A stretch of 64,000 nucleotides of DNA, from positions 1,248,001 through 1,312,000 of the forward strand of contig OZ241883.1 in NCBI GenBank assembly GCA_965203445.1, written 5' to 3'. Below the pieces are notes generated by a model. The model was given only the letters and a program-made list of their open reading frames with translations, searched no databases and was not told the DNA's origin. The position numbers were made by a program, and so were the translations under genes. Position 1 is the first letter of the stretch. Every line of letters starts with the position of its first letter. Positions 1-9,607 of this stretch are shown piece after piece. The stretch is from Candidatus Oxydemutator sp. GTDB taxonomy: Bacteria > Pseudomonadota > Gammaproteobacteria > Poriferisulfidales > Oxydemutatoraceae.

Positions 1-2
1 CA

Positions 3-3000
3 AACGACGAGGAAAGATGGCTGCTCGGACAACTGTCGCGGACTGATACGACGTACAAAGCAAACGGCCGCTCCCCGGTAACGCGCTCCACCGACTATAC
101 GCGCGACCCGCAAACGGGCGTCGTCACCGCGGAAGCCGCCGCTGGCTTCTACCGCTCGTGGGATAAGCCGCGGCGCTCGTATCGCTACGACCGTTTCGGC
201 AATCGCGTCGCACGGATCGAAGAGGGATGGGCGTATATCCCGTCCGGGTCGATGAAGTACATGCGTCATGAAACCCGCACTTTGTACGGCGAGGACGGAC
301 GCTTCCTGGTGCGCACGATCAACCCGTTGGGCCACACCGTTGCGACCAGGTTCGGCTTCCGCTATGGCCAGCTTCGCATCAATACCGACGCCAACGGGCT
401 GAGAACGTTGAGGGAGCACAACCTCTGGGGGCAGCAGATTACCGAGTACCGCCCGGGCGGGATCACTTTGCGGCGGTTCCGCCGCTGGATCTGCCCGCAT
501 CGCCGTGCGAACTGCTCTTCCGGCAGGGAGTGGGGCGGCGCGCCCGACGGCGCCGTGTATTTCTCGGCCGAGACGATGAGCGGACGGCCGCCGCGCGCCG
601 TCTTTTACAACCGTCGCCAGCAGAAAATACGGGAGGTGACCACCGGCGACCGCGGCCGCCGCGTGTTCCATGATTTTGCCTACGACCGCTTCGGGCGCGT
701 CGTCGCCGAGAGCATGCCGTATTTCGAGGGCGATCCGGTGCACTGGACGCGCACGCGCTACGACGCCCTGGATCGCGTCGTCGAGAGCGAGACGCCGTCG
801 GACGACGGCACCGTGTCGTCGCGGATCGAGTACCGCGGCCGCTCCACCGACTACGTCAACGCCGACGGCGCGCGCAAGACCGTCACCGCGGACGCGCTCG
901 GGCGCACCGTGCGCGTCACCGAGCCCGAAGGCGCGGTGATAGAAAAGTCCTACGATGCGGCGGGCAACCTGGTGCGCATCCGCGACGCCGGCGGCAACTT
1001 GACGATGATGGAATACGATTCCCTCGGCCGGCAGACTTGGATTTACGATCCCGACGCGGGCCGCAGGAACTATTACTACGACGCCTTCGGCCACGTCTCC
1101 ATGGAGATCTCCGACGCCGACCTTTCCAGCTTCGCTCGATCGAGCTGGACGTGGAACATATACGACGCCCTCGGCCGTTTGATCATGCGCTACGAGAACG
1201 AGGGCAGGAGCACCTGGACCTACGACACCGCTGAAAACGGCGTCGGCAAACTGGCGAAGAAGAAAGGCCCCGGCGGTCACCTGGAGCAGTACCGCTACGA
1301 TGCTCTTGGACGCCTGATCGAGGTCAATGACCTGCGCGGCTACGTGATAAGCACCGAGTACGATCGCCACGGGCGCGTCGCACGGGTCACGCGCCCCGGC
1401 GGTTTCACCGTGCGCCACGCCTACGACGGGCAGGGGCGCCTCGCGTCGCTCAGCAGTCCGCAGGCGCAAGTTCCTGGCTTTCGAGCCGCAAGGCTGACGG
1501 CGGCACGACGCGAGGCATCGCAAAGTGCCGCGCGGGCGCGCTCGAGCGCGCGCGTGTACGAGGTACAGGTGGCCCGGTACGAGCGCCGGGTTTCCCTCTA
1601 CCGCGCCGCCGCCGAGGCCTATCTGGAGAACCCGGAGAACCTGCCGTGGTCGGGCGCGCGCGGCGCCGAGTTCGCAAAACGTCTCGGTGGCATCGCGGAC
1701 GGCCTCGCCCGCAAGATCCTGGCGCTGAGAAGCGAGATTGCGTCGCTCACGCGGCGAGCAGGGAAAAAAAGATGGCTGGCCGAGATTCGCCGCGGCCCGG
1801 CCTGGGTACCGGTGGGCTTTCCGAGCTACTACATGGCAGGGGGAACCAGCTCGTACGGAACGGGCGCTTTCGCATATGGTGCTCACGGCTACGGATACGG
1901 GCATTGGGTGCCCGGCCCGATGGTAATCTCGCTGCAATATCGGGCCGAGGAGCGGCGACTGCTGATGGCGGCGCGTATTAAGCGGGAAGAACTCCGGCGT
2001 GAGGCAGAGAAGCTTGAACTAAGAACGCGCAAAGTCACCGGCAATGACTGGCGGATAATGGCGAGGTGGGTTCTGGTCGGCGAGGAACTGCAAACCTTGC
2101 AATCGCACCTCGCCGATCTCGACGCCGCGCGTCGCCGTCTGGCGGCGGCGCGCGAGCAGGTCGCGCACTACGCGAACCTGGCCGAACACTACCGCACCGC
2201 GAACGCCGGCGGCCACGTCTATTATTGGCGCGCCATCGCGCGCGACGCCGCCGGGCGCGTCACCTCGGAAGCCTACGGCAACGCGCTGCACAACGAAAGC
2301 CACTACGACCCCGCCACCGGACGCCTGGTGGAGAGTGCCACGCTGACGCCTTCCGGCAATCACGTGCGACGCTTTGCCTACACCTACGACGCGCTCGGCA
2401 ATCTCGTCAGCCGCAACGATCACGTGCGCGGCGTAGAGGAATCCTTCGGCTACGATGCGCTCGACCGGCTGGTCTCGTCGGTCGTCTCCGGCGGCGGCCT
2501 CGGTGACGACTACAATCGGAGCACCACGTACCGCTACGACGCGCTCGGCAACCTGACGTTCAAGTCCGGCGTCGGCGAGTATGCATACGGCCGATACGGG
2601 CGTCCGCCGCACGCCGTCACCCACACGCCGCGGGGGCGCTACCGTTATGACCGCACCGGACGCATGGTTGAAAGCCCCGACCTTCGGGTCGCGTGGAAGT
2701 CGTACGGCAAGCCGGCGTCGTTCACGCGCAAGTCCGACGGGCGCACGCTGCGCTTCGGTTACGGCGCTGACCGCCGCAAGATCAAGCAGTCGGATTCCGC
2801 GGGCGGCACGACGATCTACGTCGGCGGGCTCTACGAGAAATTCACGAACAACGGCGTCACCCGGCATCGCCACTACCTATACGCCGAAGACCGCCTGGTC
2901 GCCGTCAAGTCGCTCACCGGGCGCGGCAGCGCGCAGACCGGCCAATTCCGCTACTTCCACTGGGACGTGCTGGGTTCGCCCGATGCGGTCAGTGACGGCG

Positions 3001-4178
3001 ACGGCAACGTCGTCGAGACGTTGAGCTATACGCCGTTCGGCGAGCGTCGCGCGGTTCCCGGCGGCACCGGCGATGCGGCGCCCTCGGCGCACACGGCGCG
3101 CGGATTCACCGGCCACGAGCACCTCGACGCGTTCGGTCTGGTGGACATGGGTGGGCGCGTCTATGCGCCGCGCCTCGGGCGTTTTCTGAGCCCGGACCCG
3201 TACGTGCAGGCGCCCGACCGCACGCAAAGCTACAACCGCTACAGCTACGTGATGAACAATCCGATGAAGTACACCGACCCCAGCGGTTTCTTCTTCAAAA
3301 AGATCAGAAGGGCCGTCAAGCGCGTGTTCCGTTCGGTCAGGAAAGCGTTGAGCAGCCGGGCGCTGCGGCTGGCGGCCGCGATCGGGGGAAGTTACCTTGC
3401 CGGCCAATGGGCCTACAGCAAGTACTTCTCGAAATGGGCCGGCGCGAGCGGCGCGCTGGGCGGCGCCTCGAAGGCGGTGGTCGCAAAGGCCACGCTGCTC
3501 AAGGGCATCGTCGGCGGCGCCACGTTCAACGTATCGGCCATGGCCTTGAACGGCAACCTCGGCGGTGTCCTGAGCGGCGGCCTGCGCGGTGCCCTGGGCG
3601 GCAGCCTGAGCGGCGGTCTGGAAGCTTATTTCGGCGCCAATAAGTGGTCACTTGAACGCGTTTTTGCCGGCGGCCTGGCTAGCGGTGCGTCGGAAGTCAT
3701 ACACGGCGGGCGCTTCGCCGACGGCTTCAAGACCGGGCTTGGCATGTCCGCGTTTTCGGCGGCGGCGCTGTCCATGCGCGAGAAGATGATCGCGCAGTCC
3801 AGGCTCAATCCGCTCAACGCGGCGGGCGAAAGCGTCGGCTTTTTGGGCGACGGTTTCAAACTCGCCGGCGGTCGTTTCGTGCCGTGGCTGGCCGAGCAGG
3901 TGCCGAGTCCGTTCGGCGGCGTGCAGGGCGGGCAGGGCATGTTCTTCGGCCACGCCTATGAACCCGGCGCGTGGCTCGACCTGGTGCAGGAGGCGTACGC
4001 CGGGCCGCACGACTTCTTAAACAGCGGTTACTGGTACGACTCGATGGGCAACATCAAGCAACTGTCGGGCTTTGCCAGGGGTTTCGGCGAGGTTCTGAAC
4101 TTCGCAAACCTGGCCGTGGCGACCCCCTTCGTCGTCGCCTCGGTAACCCCGGCCTACGCCTACAACGCCCTGCGGTGA
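3..4178 (+). CDS. RHS/YD-repeat protein, 5'-partial, with RHS core and Gly/Ala-rich C-terminal domain
   Basis: Frame is open from base 3 (NDEERWLLGQL...) into ORF 252..4178. Many YD repeats; RHS core motifs RGFTGHEHLD, GRVYAPRLGRFLSPDP and NRYSYVMNNPMKYTDPSG. Confidence 0.93.
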   Translation, partial: NDEERWLLGQLSRTDTTYKANGRSPVTRSTDYTRDPQTGVVTAEAAAGFYRSWDKPRRSYRYDRFGNRVARIEEGWAYIPSGSMKYMRHETRTLYGEDGRFLVRTINPLGHTVATRFGFRYGQLRINTDANGLRTLREHNLWGQQITEYRPGGITLRRFRRWICPHRRANCSSGREWGGAPDGAVYFSAETMSGRPPRAVFYNRRQQKIREVTTGDRGRRVFHDFAYDRFGRVVAESMPYFEGDPVHWTRTRYDALDRVVESETPSDDGTVSSRIEYRGRSTDYVNADGARKTVTADALGRTVRVTEPEGAVIEKSYDAAGNLVRIRDAGGNLTMMEYDSLGRQTWIYDPDAGRRNYYYDAFGHVSMEISDADLSSFARSSWTWNIYDALGRLIMRYENEGRSTWTYDTAENGVGKLAKKKGPGGHLEQYRYDALGRLIEVNDLRGYVISTEYDRHGRVARVTRPGGFTVRHAYDGQGRLASLSSPQAQVPGFRAARLTAARREASQSAARARSSARVYEVQVARYERRVSLYRAAAEAYLENPENLPWSGARGAEFAKRLGGIADGLARKILALRSEIASLTRRAGKKRWLAEIRRGPAWVPVGFPSYYMAGGTSSYGTGAFAYGAHGYGYGHWVPGPMVISLQYRAEERRLLMAARIKREELRREAEKLELRTRKVTGNDWRIMARWVLVGEELQTLQSHLADLDAARRRLAAAREQVAHYANLAEHYRTANAGGHVYYWRAIARDAAGRVTSEAYGNALHNESHYDPATGRLVESATLTPSGNHVRRFAYTYDALGNLVSRNDHVRGVEESFGYDALDRLVSSVVSGGGLGDDYNRSTTYRYDALGNLTFKSGVGEYAYGRYGRPPHAVTHTPRGRYRYDRTGRMVESPDLRVAWKSYGKPASFTRKSDGRTLRFGYGADRRKIKQSDSAGGTTIYVGGLYEKFTNNGVTRHRHYLYAEDRLVAVKSLTGRGSAQTGQFRYFHWDVLGSPDAVSDGDGNVVETLSYTPFGERRAVPGGTGDAAPSAHTARGFTGHEHLDAFGLVDMGGRVYAPRLGRFLSPDPYVQAPDRTQSYNRYSYVMNNPMKYTDPSGFFFKKIRRAVKRVFRSVRKALSSRALRLAAAIGGSYLAGQWAYSKYFSKWAGASGALGGASKAVVAKATLLKGIVGGATFNVSAMALNGNLGGVLSGGLRGALGGSLSGGLEAYFGANKWSLERVFAGGLASGASEVIHGGRFADGFKTGLGMSAFSAAALSMREKMIAQSRLNPLNAAGESVGFLGDGFKLAGGRFVPWLAEQVPSPFGGVQGGQGMFFGHAYEPGAWLDLVQEAYAGPHDFLNSGYWYDSMGNIKQLSGFARGFGEVLNFANLAVATPFVVASVTPAYAYNALR

Positions 4179-4254
4179 CGCTCCCCCCGGTCGGCGACGG
4201 CACCATGGACGGTTCCGCCGCCGATCCGTGGTCAATTAGTTCGGTATGTTTTTG

Positions 4255-4260
4255 TATAAT
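4255..4260 (+). promoter_or_regulatory. Putative sigma70 -10 element for the methyltransferase gene
   Basis: Perfect TATAAT in an AT-rich gap about 57 bp upstream of the ORF start. Confidence 0.35.
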
Positions 4261-4316
4261 GCCCAAATCAAAGCGGATATTGCCCGACTCAAGCGGGCTT
4301 CAGGCGTTCGGTTGCG

Positions 4317-5462
4317 ATGATGCAGAATCGGTCTTTGCCGTTTGGCGGCGCGGCGGTTGAAATACCTCGTACTGAAGGCGTCAAATATGCAGGCTCGAAG
4401 CTCAAGCTGCTGCCCCAGATCCTCGGTTTGGCGAAGAAAACGGACGCAAAAAGCGTCTTCGACGGATTTTCCGGTTCGACTCGGGTCAGCCAGGCTTTCG
4501 CCCAAACCGGTTATCGCGTCGTTGCCAACGATCTTTCCGAATGGTCCAGGACTTTTGCCACGTGCTACCTGAAGAACGTAAAGAATCCAGGTGAGTATAA
4601 ACCGCTGATAGATCACCTGAATGCATTGCCCCCCGAGGAGGGCTGGTTTACCGAGCATTACGGCGGCGACGTTGCCCCGAGTGGGGAGAATAACGCCGTT
4701 CAAAGCAATGGCACCAAAAAGCCGTGGCAGAAGAAGAATACGAGAAAACTCGACGCCATCAGAAGGGAGATAGACGAACTGGAACTCGATGAAGTTTCGA
4801 GGTGCGTGGCGCTGACCAGTTTAATTCTGGCGCTCGATCAGGTTGACAGCACGTTGGGTCACTTCGCGTCTTATCTGAAGGACTGGTCGCCGCGATCGTT
4901 CAAGGATATAAAACTGCGGGTTCCCAAAGTCTGGCGCAACACGGCGCCCAACACCGTTCTTCAGGGCGACGTTTTTGCCGTGCTGCCCGACGTGGATGCC
5001 GATCTCGCCTACTATGATCCCCCGTATGGTTCGAATAACGAGAAGATGCCGCCTTCGAGAGTGAGATATTCTTCTTACTACCACCCGTGGACGACGATCT
5101 GCAAGAACGACCGGCCCGCTCTTTTCGGCAAGGCCCTGCGGAGAAAAGACACGTCGGATACGGTGGCGGCTTCCGTATTCGAGGAGTTTCGCAAAAACGG
5201 TTGCGGGAGGTTCCTCGTGGTGGAGGCTATCGAGCGTCTGCTGAAAGCGACCCGATGCCGATGGATCATGCTCTCTTACGGCTCGGGAGGAAGGGCGACG
5301 GCCGAGGAGTTGCACGAGGTCATTCGGGAGAGCGGGGAATTGATTGACGTCGTCAAGGTGGATTACAAAAGGAACGTGATGGCGACGATGAAATGGACCA
5401 ACGCCTGGCTGCGTGAAGCTGAAGAACCGAATCAGGAGTTTATTTTCCTGGTCAGGAAATAG
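4317..5462 (+). CDS. Orphan N6-adenine DNA methyltransferase (alpha/D12-class, FokI-M-like)
   Basis: KYAGSKLKLL, FDGFSGSTRVS (motif I) and AYYDPPY (motif IV); more AT-rich than its neighbours. Confidence 0.9.
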   Translation: MMQNRSLPFGGAAVEIPRTEGVKYAGSKLKLLPQILGLAKKTDAKSVFDGFSGSTRVSQAFAQTGYRVVANDLSEWSRTFATCYLKNVKNPGEYKPLIDHLNALPPEEGWFTEHYGGDVAPSGENNAVQSNGTKKPWQKKNTRKLDAIRREIDELELDEVSRCVALTSLILALDQVDSTLGHFASYLKDWSPRSFKDIKLRVPKVWRNTAPNTVLQGDVFAVLPDVDADLAYYDPPYGSNNEKMPPSRVRYSSYYHPWTTICKNDRPALFGKALRRKDTSDTVAASVFEEFRKNGCGRFLVVEAIERLLKATRCRWIMLSYGSGGRATAEELHEVIRESGELIDVVKVDYKRNVMATMKWTNAWLREAEEPNQEFIFLVRK

Positions 5463-5552
5463 ACGTAATGATCAAAGAGCGCATAGACAGGTGGCGTGCT
5501 TCGGCGTCCACAATGCAAAATGCGATGAACCCGTGAGTCTCGTCCTCCCTGC

Positions 5553-6623
5553 TCACGGGAAAACCACCAGGTGTTCGATGTCGAGGCGGATGCCGATGGC
5601 CTCGCCGACGCGGTGGTCGTGGTGGCTGGAGGCAAGACAGTGGATGGTCTCGCCCCCCGCAAGGCGCAGTTGATAGAGAAACTCGGCGCCGCGAAACTGC
5701 TTTTTCTCGATCACCGCGCGCAGGTCGCTGGCGTCGTCGTGGACGATGTCGTCGGGGCGGATCAGCACGTGGACTTCGGCGCCGTCGGCGAGGTCGGCGC
5801 GCGCCGCCCCCATCGAGAAGAAGCAGTTCAGCCTCGAGAGTTCGAGATAGCCAAGCGCGGTGCGTATGCCTCGTTTGGACGTCATCGTGCCCTTCAACAT
5901 CGTTCCCATGCCGACGGAGGTCGCGATCTCACGTGACACCGGGCGGTGATAGACGTTGTAGGCGGTGTCCCATTGCAGGATATGCCCGTCGCGCATGACG
6001 CCGAGCATGTCCGCCATCGCCAGCGCCTCGCTCTGGTCGTGCGTGATCAGCAGCGCGGTGATGTTTTCCTCGCGCAGAATATCGCGGATCTCGGCGGCTA
6101 ATTGCAGCTTCAACTCGGCGTCGAGGTTCGAGAACGGTTCGTCCAACAGCAGCAGGTCGGGGCGCGGCGCGAGCGCGCGCGCAAGCGCGGTGCGCTGCTG
6201 CTGACCGCCCGACAGTTCGTGCGGATAGCGGCGCGCATGGGACGCCATTTCGGTCACGGCGAGCAGCCGCGTCAAACGCTTGCGCCGCTCGCCCGCGGCA
6301 AAATTGCGGATGCCGAAGCAGACGTTCTGCTCGACGGTCAGGTGCGGGAACAGCGCGTAATCCTGGAACATCATGCCGATGCGCCGCCGCTCCGGCGGCA
6401 GGCAGCGATCGCGACTCTCGATGATGGTGCCTTCTATGCGGATGACGCCGCTGCAAAGGCGTTGGAAACCGGCGATGCAGCGCAGCAGCGTCGTCTTGCC
6501 GCCGCCGCTGGGCCCCAGCAGACAGCCGATGCGGCCGGCGCCCAGCTGCAACGTGACGCGTTCGACTATGCGTCGTCCGTCAATGTCCACGCCGACGTCT
6601 TCCATGGACAGCAAGGCGCTCAT
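5553..6623 (-). CDS. fbpC: Fe(III) ABC transporter ATP-binding subunit
   Basis: True start MSALLSMEDV, with an ATGA overlap to the permease stop. GPSGGGKT, LSGGQQQR, LLLDEPF. The 812 aa track ORF is over-extended. Confidence 0.88.
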   Translation of the reverse strand: MSALLSMEDVGVDIDGRRIVERVTLQLGAGRIGCLLGPSGGGKTTLLRCIAGFQRLCSGVIRIEGTIIESRDRCLPPERRRIGMMFQDYALFPHLTVEQNVCFGIRNFAAGERRKRLTRLLAVTEMASHARRYPHELSGGQQQRTALARALAPRPDLLLLDEPFSNLDAELKLQLAAEIRDILREENITALLITHDQSEALAMADMLGVMRDGHILQWDTAYNVYHRPVSREIATSVGMGTMLKGTMTSKRGIRTALGYLELSRLNCFFSMGAARADLADGAEVHVLIRPDDIVHDDASDLRAVIEKKQFRGAEFLYQLRLAGGETIHCLASSHHDHRVGEAIGIRLDIEHLVVFP

Positions 6624-8308
6624 ATCGCCGCCGCCCGGTCGCGGCCTCCGGTTCGCGCAATTTGCCGCGCCAGGATCATCAGCGGCAGCAGGCCCGCGGC
6701 GACGATGGTCAACGCCGGCAGTGCGACGTCGGGCAGCCGCTCGTCGGCGGCCATTTCGGCCGCGCGCACCGCCAGCGTGTTGAAGTCGAACGGGCGCAGC
6801 ACCAGCGTCGCCGGCAGTTCCTTGATGACCTCGACGAACACCAGCAGCATCGCCGTCAGCAGGCCCGAGCGAATAAGCGGCAGGTGTATTTTGCCGAGCA
6901 TCGCAAGGCCCGACGCCTTCAGCGTCGCGGCCGCGTAGTCCACGTTGCGCGACACCTTGGAGAGCGAGTTCTCGACCGTGTTGAAGCCGAACGTCAGAAA
7001 GCGCGTCGTGTACGCGAAGTACAGTACGAACAACGTGCCGCTCAAGAAAAGCCCCGGCGAGCCGAGGCCCGCAAATGCCGCGCCCGCGCCCGCGATTTTC
7101 TCGATCGAGGTGCACGTGATCATGACGCCGACCGCGACCACGACGCCCGGCACCGCGTAGCCGAAGGTCGCCGCCCGGTAGAGCCAGCGGCCGCGGTCGC
7201 GCGGATACAGGCGGCGGGTGTAACAGAGGACGACGGCGACAAGCGTCGTCGCCAGCGCCGCGCCCGCGCCTAGCAGCAGCGTGTTGCCGACCAGCTCGCG
7301 GTAGGCGGCGTCGAACGACGCGCCGCTCGTCAACGCCCATGCCGACAGTTGTCCGGCGGGCGCCGCGAAGCCGAGTGCGACCGGCAGCGCGCAGAAGGCG
7401 GCGGCACCCCACGCGCGCGCGCCGCGCAGCGGATAGGCGATGCCCAGCGGCTTGTGTGTGCCGGTTTCGGAATAACCGCAGCGCCGGCGCTGGTATCTTT
7501 CGATCAGGACCAACGCCGCCATGAACACCAGCAGCAGCAGCGACAGTTGCGCGGCGCCGGCCAGGCTGCCGAAGCCGAACCACGTGCGGATGATGCCGGT
7601 GCTGAACGTCTGGATGCCGAAATGCTGCATCGCGGCGTAATCCGACAACGTCTCCATCGCCACCAACGCGGCGCCGACGGCGACGCCCGGGCGCGCCACC
7701 GGCAATATCAGGCGCGTGAAAATTCGGCGCGGGTTCAGCCCCAGCGTGCGCGCCGCCTCGATCAGGCTGGCGGATTGTTGCAGCAACAGCGTGCGCGTCA
7801 GTAAATACACGTACGGATAAAGCGCCAACGCTAACACGATGACGCCGCCGCCGAGCGAGCGGATCGGCGGCGGGCGCAAGCCGAGACCGGCGTGCAGCGT
7901 CTCGTGCAGCCAGCCGCCGTAGCCGAGCATACCGGTATAGGCGTAGGCGATGATATAGGCGGGCAACGCCAGCGGCAGTATCAGCGCCCACTCGAAGAAG
8001 CGTCGTCCCGGAAAATCACATGCGGTGCACAACCACGCGCACGACGCACCGATGACGACGGCGAGCGACACCACGCCGATGGCCAGCGCCGCCGAGTTTC
8101 GCAGATAGCCGCCGAGCGTGGTCTCGACCAGATGCATCCACACGCCGTCGCTGGGCAACAGCGCATAGACGGCTAACGCGACTAGCGGCAGCGTGATTGC
8201 GATGGAGGCCAGACGCGCGCCGATACGCAGCGCGGTTCCTTCGGACGCGCGTCGCCCGGCGCGCACGGCCACCCCGGGTTTGGGTTGCGCGCCCTCGGCG
8301 GCGGCCAC
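6620..8308 (-). CDS. fbpB: Fe(III) ABC transporter permease
   Basis: Duplicated membrane domains with EAARTLG; IKELPATLVLRPFDFNTLA. Start is approximate. Confidence 0.9.
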   Translation of the reverse strand: MAAAEGAQPKPGVAVRAGRRASEGTALRIGARLASIAITLPLVALAVYALLPSDGVWMHLVETTLGGYLRNSAALAIGVVSLAVVIGASCAWLCTACDFPGRRFFEWALILPLALPAYIIAYAYTGMLGYGGWLHETLHAGLGLRPPPIRSLGGGVIVLALALYPYVYLLTRTLLLQQSASLIEAARTLGLNPRRIFTRLILPVARPGVAVGAALVAMETLSDYAAMQHFGIQTFSTGIIRTWFGFGSLAGAAQLSLLLLVFMAALVLIERYQRRRCGYSETGTHKPLGIAYPLRGARAWGAAAFCALPVALGFAAPAGQLSAWALTSGASFDAAYRELVGNTLLLGAGAALATTLVAVVLCYTRRLYPRDRGRWLYRAATFGYAVPGVVVAVGVMITCTSIEKIAGAGAAFAGLGSPGLFLSGTLFVLYFAYTTRFLTFGFNTVENSLSKVSRNVDYAAATLKASGLAMLGKIHLPLIRSGLLTAMLLVFVEVIKELPATLVLRPFDFNTLAVRAAEMAADERLPDVALPALTIVAAGLLPLMILARQIARTGGRDRAAAI

Positions 8309-8312
8309 CGGC

Positions 8313-9347
8313 TCAGCGCCAGCCGGCGCGGTTGGTCAGTTCGACCGCCTTGCGGTTCAGCCGTCCGAGGATCGCGAGGTCTATCGTATCGGCCTTGAAC
8401 TCGCCCCATGACTGTAGGATTTTACTGGGCGTAACGCCGGCGCGTACCGGATATTCGTTATTGGTCTCGCCGTACCAGCGCTGCGCGTCCTCGCTCGCCA
8501 GGTATTCGATCAACGCGACCGCCTCGTCGTAGTGGGTCGCGGTGCGCGTTACGCCGGCGCCGCTTATGTTGACGTGCACGCCACGGTCTTTCTGGTTGGG
8601 CCATACCACGCGCATCCGCTGCGCCGCCTTGCGCTGCGCCGGATCGCCGCCTTGCAGCATCATCGCCAGATAATAGGTGTTGACGACCGCGACGTCGCAC
8701 AAGCCTGCTGCCGCCGCCATGATCTGATCGCGGTCGCCACCGGCGGGCGGGCGCGCGAGATTCGCGGCAAGCCCCTCGGCCCACGCCAGCGTCGCGTCGT
8801 AGCCGTTGGCGTGTATCATCGAGGCCACCAGCGACTGGTTGTAGATGTTGTCGGAGGAACGAATGCATATGCGTCCGCGCCAGGCCGGGTCGGCCAGCGA
8901 CTCGTAGCGCGCCGGCACGCCGGGTCGCGCGCGCCCCTCGACGACGAGGATCGTCCGCGCACGCAGCGAAAGCCCGAACCACTGATCGTCCGGGTCGCGG
9001 TAACGCGCCGGTATCCGCGTGGCGAGCGTCTCGGATCGAACCGGCCGCAGCAGACCCGCCTCCTTCGCGCGGAACAGACGCCCGGCGTCGGTGGTAATCA
9101 GCAGATCGGCCGGGCTGTCCTTGCCTTCGAGCGTAAGCCGCGTAAGCAGCGCGTCGGCCTTGCCCGTGATCAGGCGCGTCTCGATGCCGTGGCGCGCGGT
9201 GAAACGCTCGAGCAGCGGCTTGATCAGACTCTCCTGGCGCGCCGAATAGACGTTGACCTCGGCGCCTGCGCCAGTGCACGCGAGCAGGCAGGCGGCCCAG
9301 CACGCGACGACCGCGATACGACGTCGGCGACGGCGATCCTTTTGCAT
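8313..9347 (-). CDS. fbpA: Fe(III) ABC transporter periplasmic binding protein (FbpA/FutA family)
   Basis: Signal peptide followed by EVNVYSAR, SPADLLITTDAGRL, NIYNQSL and VNTYYL. Confidence 0.9.
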   Translation of the reverse strand: MQKDRRRRRRIAVVACWAACLLACTGAGAEVNVYSARQESLIKPLLERFTARHGIETRLITGKADALLTRLTLEGKDSPADLLITTDAGRLFRAKEAGLLRPVRSETLATRIPARYRDPDDQWFGLSLRARTILVVEGRARPGVPARYESLADPAWRGRICIRSSDNIYNQSLVASMIHANGYDATLAWAEGLAANLARPPAGGDRDQIMAAAAGLCDVAVVNTYYLAMMLQGGDPAQRKAAQRMRVVWPNQKDRGVHVNISGAGVTRTATHYDEAVALIEYLASEDAQRWYGETNNEYPVRAGVTPSKILQSWGEFKADTIDLAILGRLNRKAVELTNRAGWR

Positions 9348-9382
9348 GGCAAATTTCCGTGTAAGCCCGTGTAAAGTTGAAT

Positions 9383-9407
9383 ACAAATGAGAATTATTAT
9401 TGATAAT
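9383..9407. promoter_or_regulatory. Fur box upstream of fbpA
   Basis: ACAAATGAGAATTATTATTGATAAT; the first 19 bases match GATAATGATAATCATTATC at 13 positions. Lies about 35 bp upstream of an iron-uptake operon. Confidence 0.75.
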
Positions 9408-9456
9408 ATATGCTAAGTCAATCGCACCAAGTTCTCGGCCCATGGTTCTTGGCCCA

Positions 9457-9477
9457 CCCTCTCCTAGGGGGAGAGGG
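9457..9477. repeat. Palindromic REP-like hairpin CCCTCTCC...GGAGAGGG
   Basis: Inverted repeat in the fbpA-ilvE intergenic region. Confidence 0.4.
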
Positions 9478-9607
9478 TTACATTACGGGCCGGGGGAAGG
9501 TCAGGTCAGCCGGACATATAATATAATTCTCGATTTTCCTACAATACCGATTATTGGCCGGAGCAGTCGTTGGCGGGGCCGATTGTTGGCGGCGGCAGCA
9601 AGGAGTG

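Noticed and set aside
6624-7991. Apparent long N-terminal fusions in track ORFs (fbpC, and likewise waaF, thiC, aroC, rplU)
   Set aside because: The extensions overlap real upstream genes; family homology begins at downstream starts.
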